Source: a virus
Length of the DNA stretch: 64,000 nt
Virus record (IMG/VR): IMGVR_UViG_3300035698_004821
Location: 29,085 to 93,084 of that record
Reading direction: 5' to 3' (one strand)
Shown: positions 1 to 11,000 of the stretch, piece after piece
How the letters are laid out: each line of letters opens with the position of its first letter
Position numbering within the stretch: position 1 is the stretch's first letter
Program-made: the position numbers and the translations under genes
The notes under the pieces: model-generated
What the model was told of the DNA's origin: nothing
The model's database searches: none
What the model saw: only the letters and a program-made list of their open reading frames with translations

Positions 1-1
1 G

Positions 2-3000
2 TATAAAAAGAACTACATCAGTTCACTGAGCGCTATGTTATTAGCCAGTGATGCGCCCTCTTCTTTTGTGTTCACTAAGCCTGGATTTTTAGGGCACGAA
101 GAAGGGAAGTTTCTAATAAGTTCTCCGCAGCTAACTAAGATGTTCGGCGGTGACTTAGAGAAACACACCTTAGACAAGGGTCTTTTTCAACTAGCTAAGC
201 TTAAGCACACAGACAGTGGTCTAGCGCGAAGCCTTATAGAGGAGGGCATAGACCCAACTGCGCCGTATGTGATAGCGGGTGAAAGTCGTGGGCAAACGTT
301 AGCTAGACTAAAGCTGAAAGTAGGTATTGTTGATACAGCTAATGATGCTGTATCTCGTTTACTATTCCAAGAAGGCGGAGCTATACTTGGTAAGCCGGGC
401 ATAGCTATGTTTGCACAGAATGCACCTATGGGTGATCTGTCCTTCTCTTCACCTTCTGAGAAACTCATAACCTCAGTAGAAGATGTCTTTGGTATTAACC
501 TGGGAGCAGGCAATGTACAGACCTTCGACTGGAGCCCAACTACCCAATTAGGCAAAGCAAAAACTGAAGACTTAAAGAGAATACTTAAAGCTAGTGGAAA
601 TCAGAGAGGCTTGGCTAGGCTACTGGCTGTGACAGACAACAGGCTAGCCAAAGTAGAGCTAACTGACTCAACCCTTAAGCTGAGCTTCGTCACCCCTAAT
701 AGGGTGACTCCTGCCACCTCTGAAATTAACATAGCGGCCCGTAGATTCGCCGCCACTAAGCTCAATGACTTTAACAAACTAGCTAACTCTGGCATCCCCG
801 AAGACCTATTAGAGAGTGTTCATGTTTGGCATGGTGCCGATGAGTATCTTAAGAACCATGGTCCTGATGTCTTTATCACCAACTTCATAGAAAAGGTAAA
901 AGGCAGAGACGACGCCGAAGTAATATTCCGTAAAGCTTTTGGACACGCAGCTAACATATCTATAAATGGTAAAACCAGAATGGTTGTGCCCGAGATTACC
1001 AGTGTAGATCACGCTTACCGTAACTCTAAGTTACTCGTCCTACGGATGCTCAGAGGAGGCACAGATGAAGAGAAGACGCTAGCCGCAACGATACTAAAGG
1101 GAAACAAGGTAGTTACAGATAAGATGCTCAAGTCTGGCATCACGGGTGTCACTGTAATTGGTATGGGTGGCGCGTCTAGAACTGACTTCATGGGTGATAT
1201 CAATATGATGAACCCTGTGACTATCTCTCCAACTAAGATGACCCACATAGCTGCTGGTGCAAGGCAGCTAGGCTATGACCATCTGTACCAAGACCCAATG
1301 TACAGTCTCTTGGCTGGATCTAATAAATCATGGAATAGTGGGGATATACGTGTACTAGCCGGATCAGGTCAGCTCCATATTAGTGACAAGCATATAATGT
1401 CCAGGTACGCTAAAGCTTTATATGCTAAACCAGGACACATAGATCCGTCGGCTATAGTTACGCTTAACAAGGGCGGAGGCTTTTCAATAGGGGGTAAACC
1501 ACTTAGAGCACTACCTACTGACTTTAACGATTTTTCACATGCTAAAGGTGTTGATTTTAGCCGATTAGAAGGTACCATTTTAGGCCAAAAGCAGGACATG
1601 TTGTATCTTGACCTAGGCAAAGAAAGGCAACTAGATCTTTTGGGCTCAGGTAAAAAAAGTTACAGATACTTGCCTATACCTTTAGACTACCTAAGAGTTA
1701 AAGAAGGGTTACATAACAGACTAATAATTGGCAAAAAGAACCCAACACGAGGTATTGTCCAGTCACTAGTAGACATAGACTCTAATAGAGACTTTTATAA
1801 GGATGTTTTAGCTGAGCTAGAAAATACAGAGTCAAAATTAGGCCGTCAAATGAGCCAAGGCTTCTTTAGCCTTAACAAATCTATAGCGGGTAAAGAAGGT
1901 ATTTTCCAAAAAAGCAACACTATCCTTATGCCATTAGGCGCAAGAACTAGATTGACCCCACAATCGGGTAGTTTCTTTGACATGGCATCTTTAGATGATG
2001 CCAGTAAACTATACACCAGTGTTATGTCTTCTTCAGATTTTGAAGACTACTTAGCTAGAAAGAGCGGAACAGGGAAAGGAGTCCAAAAGCAGATAAGCAA
2101 GATCAAAGAGCTGGTTAAGAAGCAGGGTCACTTCTACGCCATGGTATCTGTAGACCCCATGCAGAGAGCAGAGCACGCTAACCTGATGCGAATTCGAGTG
2201 GATCCTACTATACCTGGCTCTGCAAAGATAGGTCAGCTTAACATGGCCCAGCACCCGTTCTGGTATTTATTGTCGGAAAGAGACACAGACAGAGATGCTG
2301 CGTCTATAGTCCCTCTATCTGGTATGAGTAATACAGGGCTAACAGACGAACAAATAAACTCTCTGCTAGAAGATAGATGGTTGAGACAGCAAAAGCTATC
2401 TAAGCACTTTATGTGGTTTTACAAGCACCAGCTACTGACGGGTAGCGTGGCGTCTGCTGAAGATAGATTCTCTCTTTTAAAGAAAGGTCTAGTTAAGGCT
2501 AAGAACGCTATTAACCACATACCTACATACTTAGGTATTTCTGAGTCACTTGGTTACTCTACAGTGCGTGCCTCAGAAGACATAATGAGTAACCTCATAG
2601 CCTATGATGTGCGTGGCGCAAGACTAGCTGGCGTCAAACACTCAACAGCGTCAGATGAAATGCTGAAACTTATACGCGCTCCCTACGCTAATGACAAGGT
2701 AAGAGCTGAAATAGCTAGAAAAGCATACCAAAACATATACCAGTCACCTGTTGTTAAAGCTGGAAAAGACCTTCTAGGTGCGTTTGACGCGGCGCTCATA
2801 GACATTGGACACAAGTACAAGGGTACTGCCTTCGACTATGACAAAGTAGTAAGTGAAACTGCAGACGCTTTCTACGATCTTTTAGCCGGATCAGGTAAGG
2901 TTAGATCATTCACAGAAACGGAATACCTATACAACAACTTCCCAAAGGTAAAGTCCTCTATGGACCTCATGAAGGCAGACCTAGAGAGAGGTGCTGAGTA

Positions 3001-3682
3001 CGCTAAAGAGAGTGGTAAAAAAGCCAAAGAACAAATCTTCAGAGCAACCTCTCAGCTGATGGGAGAAATGCTAGGTGGAGGCCAAGTTCTCGCTGCATCA
3101 CAAAGCATGCCTAAAGGTGTCAACAGTATTATACAGTCAATAATGAGACCTGAAACAACTCAAGCAGTTGTTGAGTCTAATGTTTTGAGACCAGCTCTTG
3201 GTCTTGAAGAGAAAAACAAAAATAGCCAAAAAGTGGTAGGTGCGCTTCAAGACACGGGTGGAAGAATGCCGATAACCGATGGCGATGCTAGTGAGTCAAT
3301 GATGTCTAAGGCGACTAAGTACTTCAACTCATCTAAGGGTAGAACTTTTGGTGCAGGTATTGGCATCGGCGCCTTGGTAGGCGCTGGTATAGTATCTAGC
3401 ATGTCTGGCCCTGAAGCACCAATGCCAAGAGACGTCGATGGACGTCAACCTACAGACCGTGCACCCGACGTGTACAGCACGCCACCAAGAATATATGGTA
3501 ACCACCAGAGTTTCTCCGCTTCAAAGCAGGGATCTCCAACGGCAATACCTAACATAGGGGCTTATCAGTTCCCGAGTTTTGGTAATTCATCAATAACTAT
3601 AAGGGACAGATCAAGTTCCAGCAACCCCCGTATGATCGAGAGACATATGAGAGATATATCTAACAGCGATTACACATACTAA
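2..3682 (+). CDS. 5'-truncated giant virion protein at the tape-measure/ejection position, with an RNA polymerase beta'-like (two-barrel) region and a C-terminal hydrophobic helix
   Basis: Frame is open from nt 2, so ATG 35 is probably internal. Motifs: LPIPLDYLR (1670-1696), GKEG (1889-1900), ARTRLTP (1940-1960), HP-x8-DTDRD-x5-PL (from 2252). Gly-rich hydrophobic segment FGAGIGIGALVGAGIV at ~3347-3395. Lies two genes upstream of the hub-like gene. Confidence 0.7.
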   Translation, partial: YKKNYISSLSAMLLASDAPSSFVFTKPGFLGHEEGKFLISSPQLTKMFGGDLEKHTLDKGLFQLAKLKHTDSGLARSLIEEGIDPTAPYVIAGESRGQTLARLKLKVGIVDTANDAVSRLLFQEGGAILGKPGIAMFAQNAPMGDLSFSSPSEKLITSVEDVFGINLGAGNVQTFDWSPTTQLGKAKTEDLKRILKASGNQRGLARLLAVTDNRLAKVELTDSTLKLSFVTPNRVTPATSEINIAARRFAATKLNDFNKLANSGIPEDLLESVHVWHGADEYLKNHGPDVFITNFIEKVKGRDDAEVIFRKAFGHAANISINGKTRMVVPEITSVDHAYRNSKLLVLRMLRGGTDEEKTLAATILKGNKVVTDKMLKSGITGVTVIGMGGASRTDFMGDINMMNPVTISPTKMTHIAAGARQLGYDHLYQDPMYSLLAGSNKSWNSGDIRVLAGSGQLHISDKHIMSRYAKALYAKPGHIDPSAIVTLNKGGGFSIGGKPLRALPTDFNDFSHAKGVDFSRLEGTILGQKQDMLYLDLGKERQLDLLGSGKKSYRYLPIPLDYLRVKEGLHNRLIIGKKNPTRGIVQSLVDIDSNRDFYKDVLAELENTESKLGRQMSQGFFSLNKSIAGKEGIFQKSNTILMPLGARTRLTPQSGSFFDMASLDDASKLYTSVMSSSDFEDYLARKSGTGKGVQKQISKIKELVKKQGHFYAMVSVDPMQRAEHANLMRIRVDPTIPGSAKIGQLNMAQHPFWYLLSERDTDRDAASIVPLSGMSNTGLTDEQINSLLEDRWLRQQKLSKHFMWFYKHQLLTGSVASAEDRFSLLKKGLVKAKNAINHIPTYLGISESLGYSTVRASEDIMSNLIAYDVRGARLAGVKHSTASDEMLKLIRAPYANDKVRAEIARKAYQNIYQSPVVKAGKDLLGAFDAALIDIGHKYKGTAFDYDKVVSETADAFYDLLAGSGKVRSFTETEYLYNNFPKVKSSMDLMKADLERGAEYAKESGKKAKEQIFRATSQLMGEMLGGGQVLAASQSMPKGVNSIIQSIMRPETTQAVVESNVLRPALGLEEKNKNSQKVVGALQDTGGRMPITDGDASESMMSKATKYFNSSKGRTFGAGIGIGALVGAGIVSSMSGPEAPMPRDVDGRQPTDRAPDVYSTPPRIYGNHQSFSASKQGSPTAIPNIGAYQFPSFGNSSITIRDRSSSSNPRMIERHMRDISNSDYTY

Positions 3683-3683
3683 C

Positions 3684-6600
3684 ATGACAACCACAACATT
3701 AACTAACTATGCAAGCGCATATGCAGTAGGCCGCCAGCATGTTCACTTTGACTGCAGGGCGAGCACACCAACTACTGGTTTAATGAGTGATCGAGATGCC
3801 CAAGGATATTGGAGGGTTATTCGCGCAGGATCAATTATTAAACGTGAAAATGGTATATTAGACTTTGCTTGGCTTGGTCTAGACGGAGACATCGTACAAT
3901 GCATGGCTGTCGATAGTGCTGGCAACAAAGGGGAGTTTGTATCTTACACTTATAGTGTTGCTGCGAACACTGCCGCTGATGTTGTTTACTACGTCAACTC
4001 AGCAACGGGTAATGACTCTACTGGTGATGGCTCAAGTGGCCTACCTTGGGCTACTCCAGGTAAAGCTGCTACTGAGATGGCCTCGGCCTTAGGTGGCACT
4101 GAATCAGGTGTTATCTTTATCTCAGGCAGTAACACATACGTGATTACTGGATCCTTATGGGGTGGTGGTGATGCACTAACCCGTCAGGTTAGGTTTATAT
4201 GGGATGGGACTGGTACGAAGCCGACTCTTAGCTTCTCGAATAATGCTACAGGATTTATCACTGGTAAGCGTGAGTCGCCACATATTGAAGGCTTTATATT
4301 AGATGGTGACGCGGTAGACGGAACTGCTAATAGTTACTGCGTTACCTTTAACCGTGATGGCGGAGTCGCAGCTGATCGATCGGCCTACAACATCATGTTG
4401 GTCAATTGTGACCTGCGGAACTTTTCAAACCATATTGAAGGTAATGAGGTAACCGTAGGGTCATCGGACCGATCATCTGGCTGTTTTGACTTTGTCGCTC
4501 TTGAAAACTGCACACTAGCGGGTATTCACGGAGCATCTCCAGGTGCCCAGTACTACCTTTACTCTTGGAAGTACGTAGAGAAGTGGTTACTTAACAACGT
4601 CTCATTCGGTGCTGCGGTTAGTTTCAACTCAGGTATAAGACTACTACAGACAGGTAGAGGTTATACCTCTGATGTTGTAGAAGACTACGGAATCAAAAGA
4701 ACCCGATTCACTATCGCTCCAGGAGTAGGTAACGAGACTAAACTTCAGTCTCACGTTCGATGGACTAAGTATGCTGGAGATGGAGATGATGTCATAGGTT
4801 ACGAGACTGATGCGTCTAACGTTGGCATTAGTTACGTTGAAGATATTCGATACTACGACTGTAGGCTACTGGATTCAAGAATATCTTTTAGAGCTAATGA
4901 AGGAGCAGTTCTAAATGGTGTTAATGTCACTAGGTTTGACATTATCAATACAGTATCTAAAGGCTACCATATTGGTAGGACTGCTGCTGTAGGTCACTCC
5001 ATTAGCTCCATCAGGTGGAGGGATTGTGCAGTAATCAGAGACTACCAAAATGGCGCATTCATCACTATAGATGGTGTAGCCGATGGTCTAGAGACTGACT
5101 CCTTACTGTTCAACGGCTGCTACGTTTATTGGCGGATGACTAATGGCTTTGAAGGTGGTGGTGTATTCTACTCTGCGTTCAATGCACTAAGAGCCACGAT
5201 CGCTGCGGCAGTTCACGGTGACTCTGATAATAACCATACTGCTAAAGTAAACTCTACTTTCCTGCGGTGGGCTTCTCACTCAGATGATTCTGGGGAATCT
5301 GACTTAACTCAATGGCAAGCTGTATCTGACGCTGACGACTCTTCAGATACACATAATAGTACTACACTATTCTTAACTAATAATGGTGCATCTGACTTTA
5401 GAGATACTGATGTCACACTAACTAGTGGAGCAGGACCATTAAATAATGTTGGATCTCCCTTAGCTCTTGGCGTTGCTATTGACTCAGCAGGTAAGTTAAG
5501 AAGTGCCTCTACCCCTGATGCAGGACCCTATGAGTTTGGAGCTACGGATCTACCCGACGACCCACTACCCGACGACCCACTATCCCCTCTATTAACTACG
5601 AGTTCCATGCCTGTTGTTACAGTCGAGGTACAGTCCCCACCGGTGACGCCTTTGCCCCTAGTATCAGCAGGCTCTATACCTGCTGTAACAGCGAACATCG
5701 CTACATCTACAGAAGTAGTGGTTGGTTCTCCTCTTATATCCACAGTTAGCCTACCAGTAGTGGTTGGTTCTCCGCTTATACCCACGGCTATCCCACCCCT
5801 TTCTAGTGTAAGTAGCCTACCAACTGTAAGTGTTGCTTCCGTTGATCACTTTCAAATTGACACAGCTGGACCAGGAATGGAAAGCTGGAGATCTACAAAA
5901 TTCTCGGCTACAGTTAATGGTGATACAGCCTACGTCTATGCACATACTAGAGAGACACAGTTTTCGTGTTCAGTTTGGGACGCAGGGGTTGATGTTGAGC
6001 AGTCCGTGCTTAGGTATGGCGCTAGTGAAGCAACGACAGTAACCATTAGTCTTGCGGATGCCACTGCAATTACGTCTGCTATAGTCTACCCAAAAAACTT
6101 AGGTGTTACCCAGGTAATTTCAATGGGAGTCTTGACATTGACCGTGCCTGCGAATGTCAGACTACGGGTTGAGGTTAATGGGGACCGTGCCGAAGTACTG
6201 TCTTTACTCGCCAACCCGCTTACTTCTACTCCTACCTCAGTAGTTGACTACACAACTCTAGCAAAAGCTATTGACTCTGTGAGTACTACTGCAGACGGGT
6301 ATATAACTATTACGGCGCATGGTTGGACTGGGTTTTTACGCGGTCTTATGACTACGCCAGATGAGTTACCAACACCTACCGAAGGTACAATAGGGGCTTA
6401 TGAAGCAGTTCTTCTTTTGGTCATTGATGAAAATACTGTTGTAATTTTAGACGATAATTACGTCCCAAGGACATTTAGCGCATCAGGTAGTGATGTGTTT
6501 ATGTCTCCAGCCCAATGGACTGATACGGTTAACACACTGTTAATACCCGCCGGTCAGCATAACATAGGTGCTCAGTTTACCCTGGGTGATAACGTAAGCG

Positions 6601-8075
6601 TCTACCTTGAAAAAGGGGCTGTAGCCCTAGGGTCATTTCAAATGAACTGCACTAATGCAAGGGTACATGGTCCTGGCGTTTTAGCAGGAACTCACGTTGA
6701 TTCTCTGGTTGGCTGGAACTCGGGGGACTTTAATGTAAAAGTAGTTACATCTATGTTTTACAGGGCCCCCACTAGTTCTGATGATCACTCTAATACTATT
6801 GAAGATATCACAGTGTTGGGTAGCCCTTTCTTTTTAAACTTTTTAGGTGTAAAGAAGTTTAAAAATGTGGCACATATATCTCCCTGGAATTACTCAACAG
6901 ATGGTTTTGCTCCTCAGACTATAACAAGTAACGAAAGTGATATAAGTGAGATCATAGATTGTTACGCTCTTTGTGGCGATGACGCGTTACGAATAAGTAT
7001 AAGAGAACGTAGCTGTGAAACTTCAGGCACCTTTGTTACCACTACAAACAATTCATGCATTAGCAGTGACACTAGGGTGCATTTTATTAATGAAAATAGG
7101 TATAGCAAGACTACAGACACGCACTTAATGCATTTAGGAAAAGCGGATAGTGTCGGGGGTAATATAGCCTCTAAAACAATAATTAAGTTATTGACCGACG
7201 GTCGCGATAACACACCACCCTTTGGTCACTTCAACTACACTTTTGAACGGATCAATGTATGGGGACCAATAGAGTCTAGGCTTTTTTGGTTGGGTAGTTT
7301 AGCTAACCCGTTTCAGGTTAGTAGAGGTTTGCATGGTGTGGTGCAAAACGTACTCTTTAAAGACTTTACTGTAGAAGCAGTCCCTGGTCAAATCTCATCT
7401 ATCACATCTAAGGATGCCACTAACACACCCTCTAATATTACTTTTGAAGAACTATCTATAGGCGGCCAAAAAATATTTAGTGATAACCGGCATTCTTATG
7501 TGTCCGTGTCGGGTCTTGCATATGATATAGTCTGGGACATTCGGCCTGGCACAATACTTCTTGATCCTTCTGAGGTGCACAGCATCTCGTCTATTAATCT
7601 TCTTTATGCTGGTGATGTACCGGCCATACTTGTAAGTAATAGTGAATCAGTAGCGACTACATCAGCTGGGCAAGGAGGCTTAACAGAGGTTATAGCTTTT
7701 GATCTACACCTAAAGGTAGGTCAAGCAACAGCCTCTGGAACTAATGAGCCCATTGATCCACCAAGAGATCCACCGACCGAGCTACCCGTATTTAGCATAT
7801 CCGTTCCCTCCTCTACTCCCAGCTTAGAGCAGGCTGTGGCTATACGGGATGAAGTGGTGCTGCCTATACTGCTAGAGCTTGATAAAATTGATAACAATAT
7901 TGCTAAAGCATCCACTAATAGCAAGGTGGTGTGGTCGCAAAGTGTATTAGATCGTATAGAGGTTCCTGCTGTGTCACGGACCATAATTAAAATTAAAGCT
8001 GCCAACTACAGTAAGTTCACCCGAAGGGTGGACAGTCCTGTCGTAAGAGCGTCCACACCTAGACGAAGATTCTAA
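3684..8075 (+). CDS. Two-module beta-helix protein; putative polysaccharide depolymerase (module 2 GH49/GH28-like)
   Basis: Module 1 starts YYVNSATGNDSTGDGSSGLPWAT and ends TPDAGPYEF, typical ends of right-handed beta-helix domains. A Pro/Val/Ser linker follows. Module 2 has SAIVYPKNLG..VEVNGD..LLANP, VYLEKGAV, VHGPGVLAG, STDG and GDDALR. Confidence 0.7.
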   Translation: MTTTTLTNYASAYAVGRQHVHFDCRASTPTTGLMSDRDAQGYWRVIRAGSIIKRENGILDFAWLGLDGDIVQCMAVDSAGNKGEFVSYTYSVAANTAADVVYYVNSATGNDSTGDGSSGLPWATPGKAATEMASALGGTESGVIFISGSNTYVITGSLWGGGDALTRQVRFIWDGTGTKPTLSFSNNATGFITGKRESPHIEGFILDGDAVDGTANSYCVTFNRDGGVAADRSAYNIMLVNCDLRNFSNHIEGNEVTVGSSDRSSGCFDFVALENCTLAGIHGASPGAQYYLYSWKYVEKWLLNNVSFGAAVSFNSGIRLLQTGRGYTSDVVEDYGIKRTRFTIAPGVGNETKLQSHVRWTKYAGDGDDVIGYETDASNVGISYVEDIRYYDCRLLDSRISFRANEGAVLNGVNVTRFDIINTVSKGYHIGRTAAVGHSISSIRWRDCAVIRDYQNGAFITIDGVADGLETDSLLFNGCYVYWRMTNGFEGGGVFYSAFNALRATIAAAVHGDSDNNHTAKVNSTFLRWASHSDDSGESDLTQWQAVSDADDSSDTHNSTTLFLTNNGASDFRDTDVTLTSGAGPLNNVGSPLALGVAIDSAGKLRSASTPDAGPYEFGATDLPDDPLPDDPLSPLLTTSSMPVVTVEVQSPPVTPLPLVSAGSIPAVTANIATSTEVVVGSPLISTVSLPVVVGSPLIPTAIPPLSSVSSLPTVSVASVDHFQIDTAGPGMESWRSTKFSATVNGDTAYVYAHTRETQFSCSVWDAGVDVEQSVLRYGASEATTVTISLADATAITSAIVYPKNLGVTQVISMGVLTLTVPANVRLRVEVNGDRAEVLSLLANPLTSTPTSVVDYTTLAKAIDSVSTTADGYITITAHGWTGFLRGLMTTPDELPTPTEGTIGAYEAVLLLVIDENTVVILDDNYVPRTFSASGSDVFMSPAQWTDTVNTLLIPAGQHNIGAQFTLGDNVSVYLEKGAVALGSFQMNCTNARVHGPGVLAGTHVDSLVGWNSGDFNVKVVTSMFYRAPTSSDDHSNTIEDITVLGSPFFLNFLGVKKFKNVAHISPWNYSTDGFAPQTITSNESDISEIIDCYALCGDDALRISIRERSCETSGTFVTTTNNSCISSDTRVHFINENRYSKTTDTHLMHLGKADSVGGNIASKTIIKLLTDGRDNTPPFGHFNYTFERINVWGPIESRLFWLGSLANPFQVSRGLHGVVQNVLFKDFTVEAVPGQISSITSKDATNTPSNITFEELSIGGQKIFSDNRHSYVSVSGLAYDIVWDIRPGTILLDPSEVHSISSINLLYAGDVPAILVSNSESVATTSAGQGGLTEVIAFDLHLKVGQATASGTNEPIDPPRDPPTELPVFSISVPSSTPSLEQAVAIRDEVVLPILLELDKIDNNIAKASTNSKVVWSQSVLDRIEVPAVSRTIIKIKAANYSKFTRRVDSPVVRASTPRRRF
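5550..5582 (+). repeat. 15-bp tandem repeat (ctacccgacgaccca x2) encoding LPDDP-LPDDP linker
   Basis: Exact units at 5550-5564 and 5565-5579, followed by a partial cta. Confidence 0.95.
5714..5785 (+). repeat. Imperfect 42-bp-period repeat encoding VVVGSPLI x2 in the linker
   Basis: agtagtggttggttctcc occurs at 5714 and 5756, each followed by N-cttata-N-ccac. Confidence 0.9.
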
Positions 8076-11000
8076 TGCTAGAAAATAACACAAACCTACA
8101 GATAGGACCCCTAAAGTATAGCCACGTTGTTCAGAAAATTGCTATACAGGAGAGAAAGTCTGTGGACGTCCTAGAGACTACAAGGTCGAATAGAAACTTT
8201 GTAGTAGACTCTGGCGAAGCAATGCACAAGGCGCAGATAAGACTATTGTTTACTGGGCTAGATGAGATCAATAGAGGTGCAGGAGCCGAAGGCGAAGAGA
8301 GTGGCCTAAGAGGACTGATAGCTCTATTCCGTACTGCCCCCATTATCTCCATACTAAACAAGTACCTGAATACATCATGGAAGAAGCAGGACGAACTGCT
8401 TAGAGAGGATGATGGCTCCCTCTCTGAGGGTAGTGTCTATTTCTCAGAGATAGTTCCTGTGGCCTTAGATGGTATAGAGCTAGAGAATGTCCCTGACATT
8501 CCCTTTAGTATCCAGGTCACGCTGTCGGTATCTAGGGTTGAGATTGGCCCTGTGTCTAACTCCGAAGTTCTGTATTACCTAGGTGAGAATAGCAAGGAGG
8601 ATAGGAAGGAGAGACCTCAAGATGCCTTCTGGTTAAGGAAGTGGATAGAGCAGATATTAAGTTCTGATGAAATACCAGAGCTAAAGCCTACCGACTTTGA
8701 TAAAGCTAACTTTAACTGGTACGGTAAGACAGCAGTTGGCACAAGCATAGAGACTAATAGAGAGAACTTTCACTTACACCTTACTACATCAGATACAACG
8801 ACAGGCGGTGTACTCATATCTGAGAACTGCTCCATGCGCCATAGGTTTGCCTACAACAAGCTACTGGGTAACATCTTCTCCTTTCCAACGCACATGGGAT
8901 CCACAGCCCGATCTATGTCTCTGGACATTGTCTTCAACAACCAGGAGTCGGATGAAACGTACGCCCAGTTCTGCAGGTTCAAGGAGACAGCGGATGAGAT
9001 AGCTAAGAGCAAGAATAGGTTTGATAGAGTCACAGGGTGGCACATTCAGACCCCTATATCTAAGTTGCTTGGCCTTAAGAAGACGACACTAGCCGAAGGA
9101 GTCCCAGGTCAAAAACCATACGAAGGGGTGTACGTGCCTGTTAATATTACCTCTGAGAGTGGGGAGCAACCTAATATGGTCAACTGTAGAATAGACCTAC
9201 TAGAGAGTAATGTAGACTTCTACAGGGATAATGAGATCAACCTAATCAATGGAGGCACAGACTATGAGGACCTGTGGCAATACTTTGATAGTATTATGGA
9301 TCAGGAGTTCGCCTTTCGGAAGAAACTAAGGGATGATAAGGATGCGGCCATACGAGAAATAGTAGGTAGAAGTAGTGAGGATAACTACAAAGGGTACCAG
9401 CTGTTCTGGCCTATAACCCAGGGGGTTACAAAGATCAAGACAGCTTCTCCCTTTGCTATACTAAATGTAGATACACTACGTGCCGTCTTCCTGGACCCTG
9501 ACTTTGATGTAGGTGGAAGGATACGTGACGCACTGTTGAACCACTCTCTAACATACGGGGAGGTGGTAGCCAACCGTCGAGTAATTATATCTGATAAAGT
9601 TGTACAGAATGGTAGCCTAATTTGGAGAACTTTTGCTGGACTAGACAACAATGATCTAGAGACAGGAAAACTAATAGAGGCAATTCGTAATGTAGTTGCT
9701 ACTCAATTCATGACTTGGTCTGACTTAGAGGAGCCAAGTGTGCAGGACATAGTTCGACATTTAGCTAATCCGGCTACCTTAGGTGATCAACCCCCAGAGA
9801 TTCTAGGTGGGCTTGGAGCCGTAGATATTCTATCTACTGCCATAGCTATAGACCTAACCCGAGGGTTCTTAGGTGATGCTAAAAGCTTTTTTACTACAGA
9901 ATCATCAACAGGAAAAGTACTTTCTAGGCTATTCTCAAGTAAGTATGAGTTCCTTCCAGCCTTCAAGGAGGCTTTGTTTAAGGTAATAACAGAGCGAAAG
10001 GGTAAGCCTAAACTCCTACCTCATGTATATTCTACAGATGGTGTCTACTCTGCCTTCTACAAACTCATAACATCCTACACCCTAGAGAAGGACGCCACCA
10101 TAGGCATACAAGAGGCAAGAGATAACTATGTACAGGACAATAGGAACCTACAGGGCTCCAGTCTATACCCTGACCTTTTACTGCCTACGTATGTTGACCT
10201 CTATGGGAAAGATAGATGGAGTGAGTTCGCGCCGACTATAGAAGACTTAGGTCTAGACACTTACTACGAGGGGGCACTTACTTCAGAAGACCTTAAGGCT
10301 GTTCAAGGTAATGACATCGTGTCACCTGCTGCATGGTTCTATATAAAGCGAGTTAAGAATGGGGAGACAGGCTTGAAAAGCCTAGCCAGAACTACGGCTG
10401 ACGTCATAGACAAGACTAGTCCCAACCTCCATATCTCCATGCCCTTCAATACTAATGAGATAGCAGACATCAAACAGCTGATCCAAAAGGATGGGAAAGA
10501 GACAGGCATGAAGGGTATGAAGACTAACCGTACCCTCTCTGAAATCATTGAGGATTCCTTATACTCCTACAAGGAGTCTGACCCCTCTGGGTACAGACAA
10601 GACCTAACCACCCTACTAACTAACGCTGATAAGTTTGAAGAGGGGTATCTAAAGGATAACGGATCTCTTAAGGTCTACATACACCACAATAATAACTACT
10701 CGATACCTAGGGAGATTAATGTTCCAGGACTAGGTGCTCAAGTATACAAGATAGCGAGCAAGAAGAGAGAGCTCAATACTGATAAGCTACGCAGACTAGA
10801 CGCAGATGCGGCGTACACGACTCCTCTTGAGGAGGATGTCAAGTTCAACAGACACCTAGATGGCAACACTAGAAAACTTATGGACTCTTCTCTTAGCCAA
10901 ATACCAGATGACCAGTACAGCCCGGAAAGGTTGTTCCCATCTATAAAGGTATTCCTGATAGACAGAAGAGGCAATGACATAATAGCAGACGATGGTCTGT

